DNA of 34,694 nucleotides from a virus (Duplodnaviria; Heunggongvirae; Uroviricota; Caudoviricetes): IMG/VR virus record IMGVR_UViG_2534682325_000013; one strand, 5' to 3'. Shown piece by piece: positions 1 to 9,235 of this stretch (position 1 is its first letter; each line of letters starts with the position of its first letter). The notes under the pieces were generated by a model. It saw only the letters and a program-made list of their open reading frames with translations, ran no database searches and was not told where the DNA came from. The position numbers and the translations under genes were made by a program.

Positions 1-364
1 TCTTTTTCGACATCCGGCTCGAACGAGGAAAGTTCGTCATAGCAGACCACGTCAACGGATTTTTCACGGTAGTTTTTGGCGGCAGCGCCGCCCAGGCACC
101 AGAAACCGACGCCCGATGAAAAGCGTTTCAGCGTGAGAGTATTGTCACGATGTTTACGACCCAGCCATGGGGAAAGGTCTTTCAGGCATGGCACGTTCCG
201 AATCGTCGCCTCCACGTGAGACTTCATAAAATCTTCAGCGGCAGAATCCGTGGGCTGAAAAAGCAGACTGTTTCGGGATTTATGCTCAATAAAATACCCG
301 CCCCCCCCCCAGCAACATCTTTGTATAGCCAACACGGGCAGATTTAATCAGATTAACAGTGCGG
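1..364 (-). pseudogene. Fragment of a second, diverged lambda-type terminase large subunit (gpA-like) gene; internal portion only, frameshifted at a G10 tract, truncated by the IS at 365 and by the window edge
   Basis: Minus-strand translation gives RTVNLIKSARVGYTKMLLG then, after a +2 shift, GYFIEHKSRNSLLFQPTDSAAEDFMKSHVEATIRNVPCLKDLSPWLGRKHRDNTLTLKRFSSGVGFWCLGGAAAKNYREKSVDVVCYDEL, colinear with residues ~75-190 of the intact gpA at 32479-34404. Nucleotide identity to that copy is visibly partial. No start codon or N-terminus present. Confidence 0.8.
301..310. repeat. Homopolymeric C10 tract (G10 on the coding strand) that causes the frameshift in the terminase fragment
   Basis: Read directly: cccg then ten C at 301-310. 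The intact terminase copy has ggtgtttatgcc at the equivalent place, so the fragment carries a net +2 nt. Confidence 0.85.
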
Positions 365-406
365 TGAACCGCCCCGGGTTTCCTGGAGAGTGTTTTATCT
401 GTGAAC

Positions 407-1297
407 TCAGGCTGCCAGATCATCGTTTCCGATGGAAGCATAATAAGCTTTTTCTGCTTCTGCCGGAGGAGTATGGCCCAGCCTTCCCAGCAATCGTCGA
501 TTGTTATACCAGTCCACCCACGTTAGTGTGGCCAGTTCCACTTCTGCACGGTTTTTCCAGCTCTTACGGTGTATTACCTCCGCTTTGTAAAGACCATTGA
601 TGCTCTCAGCCATCGCGTTGTCATACGAGTCGCCTGTACTCCCTGTTGATGCCAGTAATCCGGCTTCTTTTAGTCGCTCCGTATAGGCTAGTGACACATA
701 CTGAGAGCCTTTATCGCTGTGATGGATGGTGCCAGACGGACGACGGGCCCACAACGCCTGCTCCAGCGCATCCAGCACGAATGTCGTTTCCATAGACGAT
801 GAGACCCGCCACCCCACGATGTATCCGGCAAACACATCAATGATAAACGCCACATAGACGAAGCCCTGCCATGTGCTGACGTAAGTAAAATCAGCCACCC
901 ACAGCTGGTCAGGTCGTTCTGCCACGAACTGACGGTTTACGCGGTCGCCTGCGGCAACGGCTTTCCGGCTGATGGTCGTACGGACCTTTTTACCCCGGAG
1001 AACACCGGCAAGTCCCATAACCGCCATGAGACGTGCCACTGTACATCTGGCCACCCTGATTCCTTCCCGTAACAACTGACGCCAGACTTTACGCACACCG
1101 TACACCTGATGATTTTCATCGTATACGCGCTGTATCTCTCTCTTCAGCCAGTCGTCGTGCTGCGCACGGGCACTGCGTTTATCCGGATGATGTCGCTGTT
1201 GCTGACAATGGTAATACGTTGACGGGGCAATATGCAGTTCGCTGCATACCGGTCCGACCCCGTACTGCTCACGCAGCTTATCCAGCAGTGGCATCAT
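407..1297 (-). CDS. IS3-family transposase OrfB (DDE integrase catalytic domain), normally made as an OrfAB fusion by -1 frameshift
   Basis: 296-aa ORF with a DDE/rve-like core ([10 protein letters not shown] ... [18 protein letters not shown]). Overlaps the orfA 3' end in the -1 frame. Confidence 0.9.
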   Translation of the reverse strand: MMPLLDKLREQYGVGPVCSELHIAPSTYYHCQQQRHHPDKRSARAQHDDWLKREIQRVYDENHQVYGVRKVWRQLLREGIRVARCTVARLMAVMGLAGVLRGKKVRTTISRKAVAAGDRVNRQFVAERPDQLWVADFTYVSTWQGFVYVAFIIDVFAGYIVGWRVSSSMETTFVLDALEQALWARRPSGTIHHSDKGSQYVSLAYTERLKEAGLLASTGSTGDSYDNAMAESINGLYKAEVIHRKSWKNRAEVELATLTWVDWYNNRRLLGRLGHTPPAEAEKAYYASIGNDDLAA

Positions 1298-1620
1298 TTT
1301 TTCCAGAGGCGGTCGAACTCCGCCTTCGCAAAATAAGCGGAAGCCTGGCGAAGGATATCGTTACTGCGGCGCAGTTCACGATTTTCACGTTCCAGCTCTT
1401 TCAGACGCTGACGTTCAGCGCTGGTGAGCCCACCATCACCGCCCCCGGTATCCCGCTCATGCTGGCGAACCCAGACACGCAGAGTCTCCGGCGTACAGCC
1501 AATCTTTGGGGCAATGGAACAAATTGCCGCCCACTGTGAGTCATATTCATCCTGACTTTCCAGAACCATACGAATCGCCCGCTGACGGACTTCGGGGGAA
1601 AAACGAGTATTTTTAGTCAT
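1294..1620 (-). CDS. IS3-family transposase OrfA (HTH DNA-binding part)
   Basis: 108-aa [26 protein letters not shown]... with leucine-zipper-like C-terminus; ATG at 1620. Ends at an A6 run (plus 1297-1302, T6) typical of the IS3 programmed -1 frameshift into orfB. Confidence 0.9.
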   Translation of the reverse strand: MTKNTRFSPEVRQRAIRMVLESQDEYDSQWAAICSIAPKIGCTPETLRVWVRQHERDTGGGDGGLTSAERQRLKELERENRELRRSNDILRQASAYFAKAEFDRLWKK

Positions 1621-1793
1621 CCTGTTTACCTCTTTCTCAGGGAGTTTAGTCTCCAGGATTTCCGGGGCGGTTCATTTATCAACATATGGGCTTTAAACTT
1701 TCAGGACGTTCCGAGCGGGACAATCAAGGCAGACCCTACCCTCTATTACATCTTTATAACGCAATGTGACATGATAATTTTAGGAGAATTACA

Positions 1794-2378
1794 TCATGGA
1801 TTTTTTTGGCTGAAAGCGACAATGTAAGAACAACTCTGGCCGCTATCTGGGTTTCTCATTTGGTACTCGCTGGCAAAGGTAAGAGCAAGACAATCACCGG
1901 CTTGTAAATGATGAGTCTGATGATTGACTCGAAAATCAAGGCTGCCGCTTAACATCCATAGAGTTTGTCCAGAAAGATGCTCATTTGCAGAGGCAGGGAT
2001 AGTCAATTGCCCCATAGGGGGGATTTCAACTTTTATTAGTTCCGGACATGCACCCGCTGGGGACAAAGACCAGCGGGTAATGCCTGTTTCTTCATCAATC
2101 CAATGTTGTTGCTGGTCAGCCAAAAGTACAAGTGAATTCTGTTGCATCTCAAGCTCTGCAAAAAGCTTTGATAGCGTAATATTCAGTGCATTAGCTAACC
2201 GACTAAGTATTGTTGCACTGGGGCTTGAAGTGCCTCGTTCAACTTTGCTGATCATCGCCTGACTGACACCAGATCGTTGGGCAAGCTCTGTAACAGTCAA
2301 GTTTCGAGACTTTCTGAGCTTGAGTAACAAACGTGCAATATCGCTATCGACTATCTGATTTTTAGCTCTTTTATCCAT
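1794..2378 (-). CDS. XRE-family helix-turn-helix transcriptional regulator with C-terminal cupin domain
   Basis: HTH motif LTVTELAQRSGVSQAMISKVERG near the N-terminus; C-terminal half has cupin-like character. Likely start is the ATG at 2378, preceded by aaagaggggagaaga; the track ORF begins 6 codons upstream at a GTG. Divergent to ompT. Confidence 0.75.
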   Translation of the reverse strand: MDKRAKNQIVDSDIARLLLKLRKSRNLTVTELAQRSGVSQAMISKVERGTSSPSATILSRLANALNITLSKLFAELEMQQNSLVLLADQQQHWIDEETGITRWSLSPAGACPELIKVEIPPMGQLTIPASANEHLSGQTLWMLSGSLDFRVNHQTHHLQAGDCLALTFASEYQMRNPDSGQSCSYIVAFSQKNP

Positions 2379-2876
2379 TCTTCTCCCCTCTTTCACCGAC
2401 CTGATTATGCCATTACATAAATTGCGATTAAATAAATGATTTTACACGTCTCAAATGCATTTTTTCTATACGTTATAGCTTTAGAGTAAGAGCTGGTAAC
2501 TTCAACTTCCTTATTTGGCACATAACAGTCCTGGATACAGTGACGCACAGTTTCTTTACAAAAACCTAGCTACATAGAGGTTAATCATCGTGTCAAATGT
2601 ACTGTAGAAATACCTAAAATAATATTTTTTTTGCTAATATGCGTATAAATGAATAACTATAGACAGATAAAAATATCAGCAAAAAGAAAATTTCCAGCAT
2701 ATTAAACCACAACAATAATACAACACTTGGCAAGCTGCCCATAAAGAATGAATAAAACGAAACAATAATTCAAACTTAAACAAACCATAAACAGTTAAAC
2801 AATATACAATTGACTCATTAAGTTAGATATAAAAAATACATATTCAATCATTAAAACGATTGAATGGAGACCTTTT

Positions 2877-3830
2877 ATGCGGGCGAAACTTCTGGGAATA
2901 GTCCTGACAACCCCTATTGCGATCAGCTCTTTTGCTTCTACCGAGACTTTATCGTTTACTCCTGACAACATAAATGCGGACATTAGTCTTGGAACTCTGA
3001 GCGGAAAAACAAAAGAGCGTGTTTATCTAGCCGAAGAAGGAGGCCGAAAAGTCAGTCAACTCGACTGGAAATTCAATAACGCTGCAATTATTAAAGGTGC
3101 AATTAATTGGGATTTGATGCCCCAGATATCTATCGGGGCTGCTGGCTGGACAACTCTCGGCAGCCGAGGTGGCAATATGGTCGATCAGGACTGGATGGAT
3201 TCCAGTAACCCCGGAACCTGGACGGATGAAAGTAGACACCCTGATACACAACTCAATTATGCCAACGAATTTGATCTGAATATCAAAGGCTGGCTCCTCA
3301 ACGAACCCAATTACCGCCTGGGACTCATGGCCGGATATCAGGAAAGCCGTTATAGCTTTACAGCCAGAGGTGGTTCCTATATCTACAGTTCTGAGGAGGG
3401 ATTCAGAGATGATATCGGCTCCTTCCCGAATGGAGAAAGAGCAATCGGCTACAAACAACGTTTTAAAATGCCCTACATTGGCTTGACTGGAAGTTATCGT
3501 TATGAAGATTTTGAGCTAGGTGGCACATTTAAATACAGCGGCTGGGTGGAAGCATCTGATAACGATGAGCACTATGACCCAGGAAAAAGAATCACTTATC
3601 GCAGTAAAGTCAAAGACCAAAATTACTATTCTGTTTCAGTCAATGCAGGTTATTACGTAACACCTAACGCAAAAGTTTATGTTGAAGGCACATGGAATCG
3701 GGTTACGAATAAAAAAGGTAATACTTCACTTTATGATCACAATGATAACACTTCAGACTACAGCAAAAATGGTGCAGGCATAGAAAACTATAACTTCATC
3801 ACTACTGCTGGTCTTAAGTACACCTTTTAA
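2877..3830 (+). CDS. ompT: Outer membrane protease OmpT (omptin family, protease VII) precursor
   Basis: 317 aa, MRAKLLGIVLTTPIAISSFASTETLSFTPDNINADISLG... ending ...NFITTAGLKYTF; matches E. coli OmpT as I recall it. Signal peptide and C-terminal beta-barrel aromatic residue present. Confidence 0.95.
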   Translation: MRAKLLGIVLTTPIAISSFASTETLSFTPDNINADISLGTLSGKTKERVYLAEEGGRKVSQLDWKFNNAAIIKGAINWDLMPQISIGAAGWTTLGSRGGNMVDQDWMDSSNPGTWTDESRHPDTQLNYANEFDLNIKGWLLNEPNYRLGLMAGYQESRYSFTARGGSYIYSSEEGFRDDIGSFPNGERAIGYKQRFKMPYIGLTGSYRYEDFELGGTFKYSGWVEASDNDEHYDPGKRITYRSKVKDQNYYSVSVNAGYYVTPNAKVYVEGTWNRVTNKKGNTSLYDHNDNTSDYSKNGAGIENYNFITTAGLKYTF

Positions 3831-4016
3831 CGAAGTTAACCAGATTTTCTCCCCGGTGGTATTGTATAACCCCGGGGAATTTGTTTACAGTTACAAGTAG
3901 ACAATATCCACTAATTTTGTAAGCATTTAACCTATGTCATAACGTGTAATCTCTTACCGCAACACAAGACCTCAATATATTCAAATTTTATCTTTATTCC
4001 GATATTCAGAGACACA

Positions 4017-5501
4017 ATGCGAAAAATAATTACTCATTTCAAAGTTGTTTTAACGTTACTTCTACCAGTAACCGTATCTGCCCAGCAGATACAGTGGCAA
4101 TCCTGTATGGCCAGTCAATTCAACCACTGGTTTGGTGAGGAAAAACCGTCTCCTGACTTACTATGTGGTTATTTGTCTGTTCCATTAAAATATACAGACA
4201 CAGGCGGAGATGCTTCTTATGAAAAAAAATCACAAGTCAAACTAGCGTTGACAAAATTGCCGGCAAAAAGCAAGCATAAAGGAAGTATCCTGATAATAAG
4301 TGGTGGTCCCGGGTTACCAGGCATAAATCCTTATATTAACTTTGACTGGCCAGTCACAAATCTTCGTGAGTCATGGGATATTATTGGATTTGATCCTCGA
4401 GGCGTCGGGCAGTCCACTCCGACAATAAACTGCCGGCAATCAGATACAGAGACTCAGGAAAACATAACCGAAAAGCAACAAGTATTAAATAAAATTAATG
4501 CCTGTATCCATAATACCGGAGCCGAAGTCATTCGCCATATCGGCTCTAACGAGGCTGTATACGATATTGATCGTATTAGGCAAGCCTTGGGGGATAAACA
4601 ACTGACAGCCGTGGCGTATTCGTATGGAACTCAAATTGCAGCCTTATATGCAGAACGTTTTCCCTACAACGTAAGATCTATCGTTCTTGATGGAGTCGTC
4701 GATATCGATGACCTGGAGGACAACTTCACATGGCAACTCAAACAGGCACAGAGTTATCAGGAAACGTTTGATCGCTTTGCATCCTGGTGTGCGCGTACAA
4801 AAAGTTGCCCGCTTTCTTCAGACAGAGATAAGGCAATAACTCAGTTCCATGAGCTATTATCAAAATTACATCACAAACCTTTATTAGACAGTAAGGGAGA
4901 AAATATATCTTCAGATGAACTCATATCATTAACAACAGACCTTCTGCTATGGCGTTCATCATGGCCAACCCTTGCAACTGCCATACGCCAGTTCTCTCAG
5001 GGGATTGTCAGTAATGAAATTGAAACTGCGCTCAGTGCTCCGATAGCCTCAGAAGAGTCAAGTGATGCTTCGGGGGTAATCCTTTGTGTAGATCAGGGGG
5101 ATGAGCAATTAACACCAGAAGAGCGAAAATTCCGAAAAGAGGCTCTTGCGAATGCCTTCCCGGCTATTAACTTTGACAATGGACGTTCCGATTCACCTGA
5201 TTTTTGTGAATTATGGCCAATACATAGCGACCTGAACAAAACTCGCCTGAAAAATACTGTTCTGCCCTCTGGTTTACTGTTTGTAGCACACAAATACGAC
5301 CCAACAACGCCCTGGATTAATGCCCGTAAGATGGCAGAGAAATTTTCCAGCCCGTTACTAACAATAAATGGTGATGGGCATACATTAGCTCTCACCGGAG
5401 TTAATTTATGTGTAGATAAAGCAGTTGTACATCACCTGATCACTCCACAAAAAATAGAAAATATATACTGCCCAGGAAATTCTGAAGCAGAAATACAATA
5501 A
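4017..5501 (+). CDS. Secreted alpha/beta-hydrolase, S33/tripeptidyl-aminopeptidase-like
   Basis: 494 aa with N-terminal signal peptide (LTLLLPVTVSAQQ). GGPG motif, GFDPRGVGQS, nucleophile-elbow-like AYSYGTQ, C-terminal acidic and His residues consistent with a Ser-Asp-His triad. Family assignment is by motif only. Confidence 0.7.
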   Translation: MRKIITHFKVVLTLLLPVTVSAQQIQWQSCMASQFNHWFGEEKPSPDLLCGYLSVPLKYTDTGGDASYEKKSQVKLALTKLPAKSKHKGSILIISGGPGLPGINPYINFDWPVTNLRESWDIIGFDPRGVGQSTPTINCRQSDTETQENITEKQQVLNKINACIHNTGAEVIRHIGSNEAVYDIDRIRQALGDKQLTAVAYSYGTQIAALYAERFPYNVRSIVLDGVVDIDDLEDNFTWQLKQAQSYQETFDRFASWCARTKSCPLSSDRDKAITQFHELLSKLHHKPLLDSKGENISSDELISLTTDLLLWRSSWPTLATAIRQFSQGIVSNEIETALSAPIASEESSDASGVILCVDQGDEQLTPEERKFRKEALANAFPAINFDNGRSDSPDFCELWPIHSDLNKTRLKNTVLPSGLLFVAHKYDPTTPWINARKMAEKFSSPLLTINGDGHTLALTGVNLCVDKAVVHHLITPQKIENIYCPGNSEAEIQ

Positions 5502-5522
5502 TTTCAAAATATTCCGCTATTT

Positions 5523-5575
5523 GCTCCCAATGCAAAACATATATTGCATTGGGAGCATATTCATATTTTTGTTAT
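5523..5575 (+). terminator. Probable rho-independent terminator after the hydrolase gene
   Basis: Perfect 13-bp inverted repeat gctcccaatgcaa / ttgcattgggagc with an 8-nt loop, followed by a T-rich stretch (catattcatatttttg). Confidence 0.5.
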
Positions 5576-5758
5576 TCTTGTATGAAATCGTCTCATGTAC
5601 ACGGTCCTTTTTTCGCCGAAAACTGATATTACTTTAATCAAAAGTTGACGTGCCAGATTCGAAGTAAATTTATAAAATATCAAATCAATATACATTTTGC
5701 ACCTTCGAGATAGTAATAGCCATTACTGTAACATGAGTTACAAACAGCTTCATACCCA

Positions 5759-5766
5759 GAGCTACT
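5759..5766. repeat. Left copy of the 8-bp target-site duplication (GAGCTACT) of the IS66-family element
   Basis: Identical octamer immediately flanks both IS ends; 8-bp duplications are typical of the IS66 family. Confidence 0.8.
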
Positions 5767-5803
5767 GTAAGCGTACAGCGAGGGCCGTATTGACGGGGAT
5801 GTG

Positions 5804-7342
5804 TTATTCAGCTGGCAGTGCTATGCGCCACGGAAGCAGTTCGCTGACCCGGTTGACCGGCCAGTCTGCTATGACGCCAAGCACATGGCGAAGGTAGCTT
5901 TCTGGATCCACGTCATTCAGTTTGCACGTCCCGATCAGGCTGTACAGTAGCGCTCCCCGCTCACCACCATGATCAGAGCCGAAGAACAGGAAGTTTTTAC
6001 GACCCAGACTGACCGCCCGCAGGGCATTTTCAGCGATGTTGTTGTCGATTTCCACCCAGCCATCGTTCGCATAGTACGTCAGTGCCGGCCACTGGTTAAG
6101 TGCGTACGCGAACGCCTTCGCCAACTCTGAGTGTCGCGACAGGGTCTTCATCTTTTCACGCAACCAGCTTTCCAGGGATTTCAACAACGGTTTCGTTTTT
6201 CGCTGACGTTCAGCAAGCCGCTGCTCTGCCGGCATTCCCCTTATATCCGCCTCTATGGCGTACAACTGACCGATCTGCTCCAGGGCTTCTTCCGTCAGTG
6301 CTGACGGGATGCGGACGTGCACATCGTGGATCTTTCGGCGGGCATGAGCCCAGCAGGCAGCTTCCGTTATCCCACCATTGCGATACAGCTCGTTGAACCC
6401 GGCGTACGCATCCGCTTGCAGCACACCGCTGAAGCAGGCAAGATGAGTCTGCGGATGGATGCCTTTTCTGTCCGGGCTGTAAGCGAACCACACTGCAGGT
6501 GCCAACGCTGACCCTGCATTGCGGTCATCACGAACATACGCCCACAACCGCCCGGTCTTCGTCTTCTTATTACCCGGCAGCAGTACCTGGACCGGGGTAT
6601 CATCGGCATGGAGTTTGCCGTCAGTCATGACATAGCCATGAAGCGCCTCTTCCAGCGGAGACAGCAGCCGGCAGCATGCATCCACCCAGCCCGACAGCAG
6701 TGAACGCCTCAGCTCCACACCTTGCCGGCCGTATATTTCTGACTGGCGATACAGCGGGGTGTGCTCTGCATACTTCGAGGTCAGCACGCGGGCCAGCAGC
6801 CCCGGTCCGGCGATACCCCGCTCGATGGGCCGCGAAGGTGCAGGTGCCTGCACGATGGCATCGCACTGAGTACAGGCATGTTTTTCCCGTACCGTCCGGA
6901 TAACCCGGAAGGCGCTACGCATCAACTCCAGCTGTTCGGCGGTATCCTCGCCCAGATAGCTCAGTGAACCGCCGCAGTTCGGGCAGCACGGCGCCGCAGG
7001 CAACAGTCGCTTTTCGTCACGGGGTAGTGATTCAGGGAACGGCTTACGGGTGCGGGTCTGACGCAACGGACGCTGTACTGCCGGGTCATACACCCTACCA
7101 GTCAGCGTATCGCTCTCTTTCTGAAGCCGGTTCAGATCGGCTTCCATTTGTGCGATACGGCGGGAGACTTTTTCGGAACGACTGCCGAAGTTCATCCGGC
7201 GGAGTTTATCCAGCTGCGCCTGCAGATGGTCTATTTCGCGCTCCCGGTTGCTCAGCTTTTCCTGCAGGGCGTGGATCAGCGCTTCCTGTTCGGCCAGGCG
7301 CTGTTTCAGCAGGAAGATGTCGTCAGAAGAGATGTCGTTCAT
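5804..7342 (-). CDS. IS66-family transposase TnpC (orf3), DDE transposase with CxxC zinc-finger motif
   Basis: 512-aa ORF with N-terminal coiled-coil/leucine zipper, CCPNCGG ... CTQC cysteine motif and DDE core. Confidence 0.9.
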   Translation of the reverse strand: MNDISSDDIFLLKQRLAEQEALIHALQEKLSNREREIDHLQAQLDKLRRMNFGSRSEKVSRRIAQMEADLNRLQKESDTLTGRVYDPAVQRPLRQTRTRKPFPESLPRDEKRLLPAAPCCPNCGGSLSYLGEDTAEQLELMRSAFRVIRTVREKHACTQCDAIVQAPAPSRPIERGIAGPGLLARVLTSKYAEHTPLYRQSEIYGRQGVELRRSLLSGWVDACCRLLSPLEEALHGYVMTDGKLHADDTPVQVLLPGNKKTKTGRLWAYVRDDRNAGSALAPAVWFAYSPDRKGIHPQTHLACFSGVLQADAYAGFNELYRNGGITEAACWAHARRKIHDVHVRIPSALTEEALEQIGQLYAIEADIRGMPAEQRLAERQRKTKPLLKSLESWLREKMKTLSRHSELAKAFAYALNQWPALTYYANDGWVEIDNNIAENALRAVSLGRKNFLFFGSDHGGERGALLYSLIGTCKLNDVDPESYLRHVLGVIADWPVNRVSELLPWRIALPAE

Positions 7343-7391
7343 AAGCCCGTATTTTACCGGGCTTATTCTGTGACAACCAGGATAAAGAGAT

Positions 7392-7739
7392 TTACAGCAT
7401 GGTCAGGGAGGTCAGCAGCCGCTTAGGCTGTCGCCAGTCGATACCTTCCAGCAGCATCGCCAGCTGCGCCTGCGTAAGGAACACTTTGCCATCACGGGCT
7501 GACGGCCAGGCGAAGCGCCCACGCTCCAGCCGTTTGGTCAGGAGGCACAGTCCGTCACCGGTGGACCACAGCAGTTTAACCTGACTGCCGCTGCGGCCCC
7601 GGAAAATGAAAACATGGCCGGACATGGGATCGTCTTTCAGCGCCGTTTGTACTTTCGCAGCCAGGCCGTTGAAGCCATTTCTCATATCGGTGATACCGGC
7701 AACCAGCCAAATTTTGGTCCCGGAAGGTAACGGGATCAT
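7392..7739 (-). CDS. IS66-family TnpB (orf2)
   Basis: 115-aa [34 protein letters not shown]..., characteristic IS66 Orf2. Confidence 0.9.
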   Translation of the reverse strand: MIPLPSGTKIWLVAGITDMRNGFNGLAAKVQTALKDDPMSGHVFIFRGRSGSQVKLLWSTGDGLCLLTKRLERGRFAWPSARDGKVFLTQAQLAMLLEGIDWRQPKRLLTSLTML

Positions 7740-8137
7740 CGCTTCAGTTCCTGTATCAGCAGAGTCAGGAGCTTTTCGCTGACATTGCCATTGAAGCGGA
7801 GCGTCCCGTGCCGGAACGTTACCTCACAGCTGATACTGAGGGTTTCCGGGTCCTCTGCGAGCGATTCTGGCTGTTCGGCAGCTGCATCGAGAGTCACAGG
7901 AAGTAGCTGGGGGCTCTCTGAAGAAGGTAATAGCAGCTTTCCCTCGCGCCATTGTTGTCGCCATTTGAACAACAGATTGGCGTTAATGCCATTTTCAAGA
8001 GCAAGTTTTGAGATGGATATCCCGGGTTCACAGGAGGCAGCAACGAGCTGCTGTTTAAATTCGGGAGGATAATTAGGGCAGCCTTTTCGCCTGCCGGGAG
8101 TCACATTTTTCTGCATATCTGATACTTTGGTTCCCAC
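7736..8137 (-). CDS. IS66-family accessory protein TnpA (orf1)
   Basis: 133-aa ORF inside the IS, first gene of the tnpA-tnpB-tnpC set; overlaps tnpB by 4 nt. True start may be an internal Met (MQKNVTPG...). Confidence 0.8.
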   Translation of the reverse strand: MGTKVSDMQKNVTPGRRKGCPNYPPEFKQQLVAASCEPGISISKLALENGINANLLFKWRQQWREGKLLLPSSESPQLLPVTLDAAAEQPESLAEDPETLSISCEVTFRHGTLRFNGNVSEKLLTLLIQELKR

Positions 8138-8208
8138 TACTTATTTGGTGGACACCACTTTGTCTAATTCGTCAGATTCTGACCAGACGGTTCAGGCTGT
8201 ACGCTTAC

Positions 8209-8216
8209 GAGCTACT
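8209..8216. repeat. Right copy of the 8-bp target-site duplication (GAGCTACT)
   Basis: See left copy. Confidence 0.8.
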
Positions 8217-8440
8217 GATGTATCAACACGATTCAACAATACCCGATATTTATTCCATGCCTCCAGCAACGATCTTTCTTCCTCCGTTGCGATTTCCAGA
8301 TCTACAGCATCCTGCAGTGGCGCAATATACTCACTGAATTCCTGGATGTAGAACTGTGTGGTGACGGTCTTCCAGCCATTCGGCTCCTGCTGTATCGCAG
8401 CATACCAGGCTATTTCAATATCGCTATGCTGCGGCAGCAT
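8209..8440 (-). pseudogene. Tail fibre assembly (Tfa-family) gene remnant, tfaX-like, split by the IS66-family insertion; its 3' remainder lies at about 5683-5766
   Basis: [78 protein letters not shown]... shares the C-terminal Tfa motif with the intact tfa at 11996-12577. Reading frame runs into the IS inverted repeat. Unrelated N-terminus suggests an older fusion or remnant. Confidence 0.7.
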
Positions 8441-8496
8441 TTAACCCCTTGTAATTCATCGCCATAATTGATTTAATTCACAAATAAAACTATAAC

Positions 8497-9165
8497 ATGG
8501 TGAAATTAATGAAAAAAAACACAGATGATGGGGCTAAAATTTACACACCACTTACCCTAAAGCTTTATGACTGGTGGGTTTTGGGAGTATCAAATCGTCT
8601 TGCATGGGGATGTCCTACAAAGGAACACCTTCTTCCACACTTTCTGGAACATTTAGGTAACAACCATCTGGATATTGGTGTTGGAACTGGGTTTTACCTT
8701 ACTCACGTACCTGAGAGTAGTCTGATATCTTTAATGGATTTGAACGAAGCTAGCCTGAACGCGGCATCTACAAGGGCTGGGGAATCAAAAATTAAACATA
8801 AAATTAGCCATGATGTTTTTGAACCTTATCCCGCGGCGTTACATGGTCAATTTGATTCCATTTCCATGTTTTACCTTCTTCACTGCCTGCCTGGAAATAT
8901 ATCTACAAAAAGCTGTGTAATACGCAATGCGGCGCAGGCCTTAACTGACGATGGAACTCTATACGGAGCCACAATTCTTGGCGATGGAGTTGTGCACAAT
9001 AGCTTCGGTCAAAAACTGATGCGCATTTACAATCAGAAAGGCATCTTTTCAAACACAAAAGATTCCGAAGAAGGCTTAACACATATACTCTCAGAGCATT
9101 TCGAGAATGTTAAAACCAAGGTTCAAGGTACTGTAGTAATGTTTTCCGCTTCAGGGAAAAAATAG
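8497..9165 (+). CDS. Class I SAM-dependent methyltransferase, ybcY-like, apparently intact
   Basis: 222 aa with glycine-rich SAM-binding motif LDIGVGTGFY. Position between two tfa-like sequences matches where I recall ybcY sits in K-12 DLP12. Start may be the second ATG (MKKNTDD...). Confidence 0.7.
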   Translation: MVKLMKKNTDDGAKIYTPLTLKLYDWWVLGVSNRLAWGCPTKEHLLPHFLEHLGNNHLDIGVGTGFYLTHVPESSLISLMDLNEASLNAASTRAGESKIKHKISHDVFEPYPAALHGQFDSISMFYLLHCLPGNISTKSCVIRNAAQALTDDGTLYGATILGDGVVHNSFGQKLMRIYNQKGIFSNTKDSEEGLTHILSEHFENVKTKVQGTVVMFSASGKK

Positions 9166-9172
9166 CATCCAA

Positions 9173-9235
9173 CCGCAGCACGTTCTTGCATACGCCGTGT
9201 CTGCGGTTTAATTTTTACTCTCAAATATTGTAGTT
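9173..9235 (+). terminator. Possible terminator after the methyltransferase gene
   Basis: Inverted repeat aaccgcag...ctgcggtt with a long loop, followed by taatttttac. Loop is long, so only moderate support. Confidence 0.35.

Larger units (their letters stand above)
365..1674 (-). mobile_element. IS3-family insertion sequence, IS629-like, 1310 bp, with imperfect terminal inverted repeats
   Basis: Left end tgaaccgccccgggtttcctggag at 365; right end reverse-complement tgaaccgccccggaaatcctggag ending at 1674. Contains orfA and orfB in the IS3 arrangement. Length equals the 1310 bp I recall for IS629. Flanks (gcgg versus ttta) do not match. Confidence 0.9.
5767..8208 (-). mobile_element. IS66-family insertion sequence, ISEc8-like, 2442 bp, with three ORFs (tnpA, tnpB, tnpC)
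   Basis: Terminal inverted repeats gtaagcgtacagc at 5767 and cgcttac ending at 8208. Flanked by perfect 8-bp direct repeats gagctact at 5759-5766 and 8209-8216. Length equals the 2442 bp I recall for ISEc8. Confidence 0.9.

Noticed and set aside
150-347. 65-aa plus-strand ORF at the left edge
   Set aside because: Antisense to the terminase fragment and runs through the poly-C tract (its PAPPPA stretch); an artefact of the pseudogene region.
364-600. 78-aa plus-strand ORF starting in the IS3-family left inverted repeat
   Set aside because: Begins inside the terminal repeat and is antisense to orfB; no homology signal.
2400-2876. Specific promoter or regulator-binding sites in the ompT upstream region
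   Set aside because: The region is AT-rich and surely regulatory, but I could not pick out a -35/-10 pair or binding motif with enough confidence to annotate coordinates.
6100-6967. Multiple 60-100-aa ORFs on both strands inside the IS66-family tnpC gene
   Set aside because: They overlap the 512-aa transposase frame and have no independent support.
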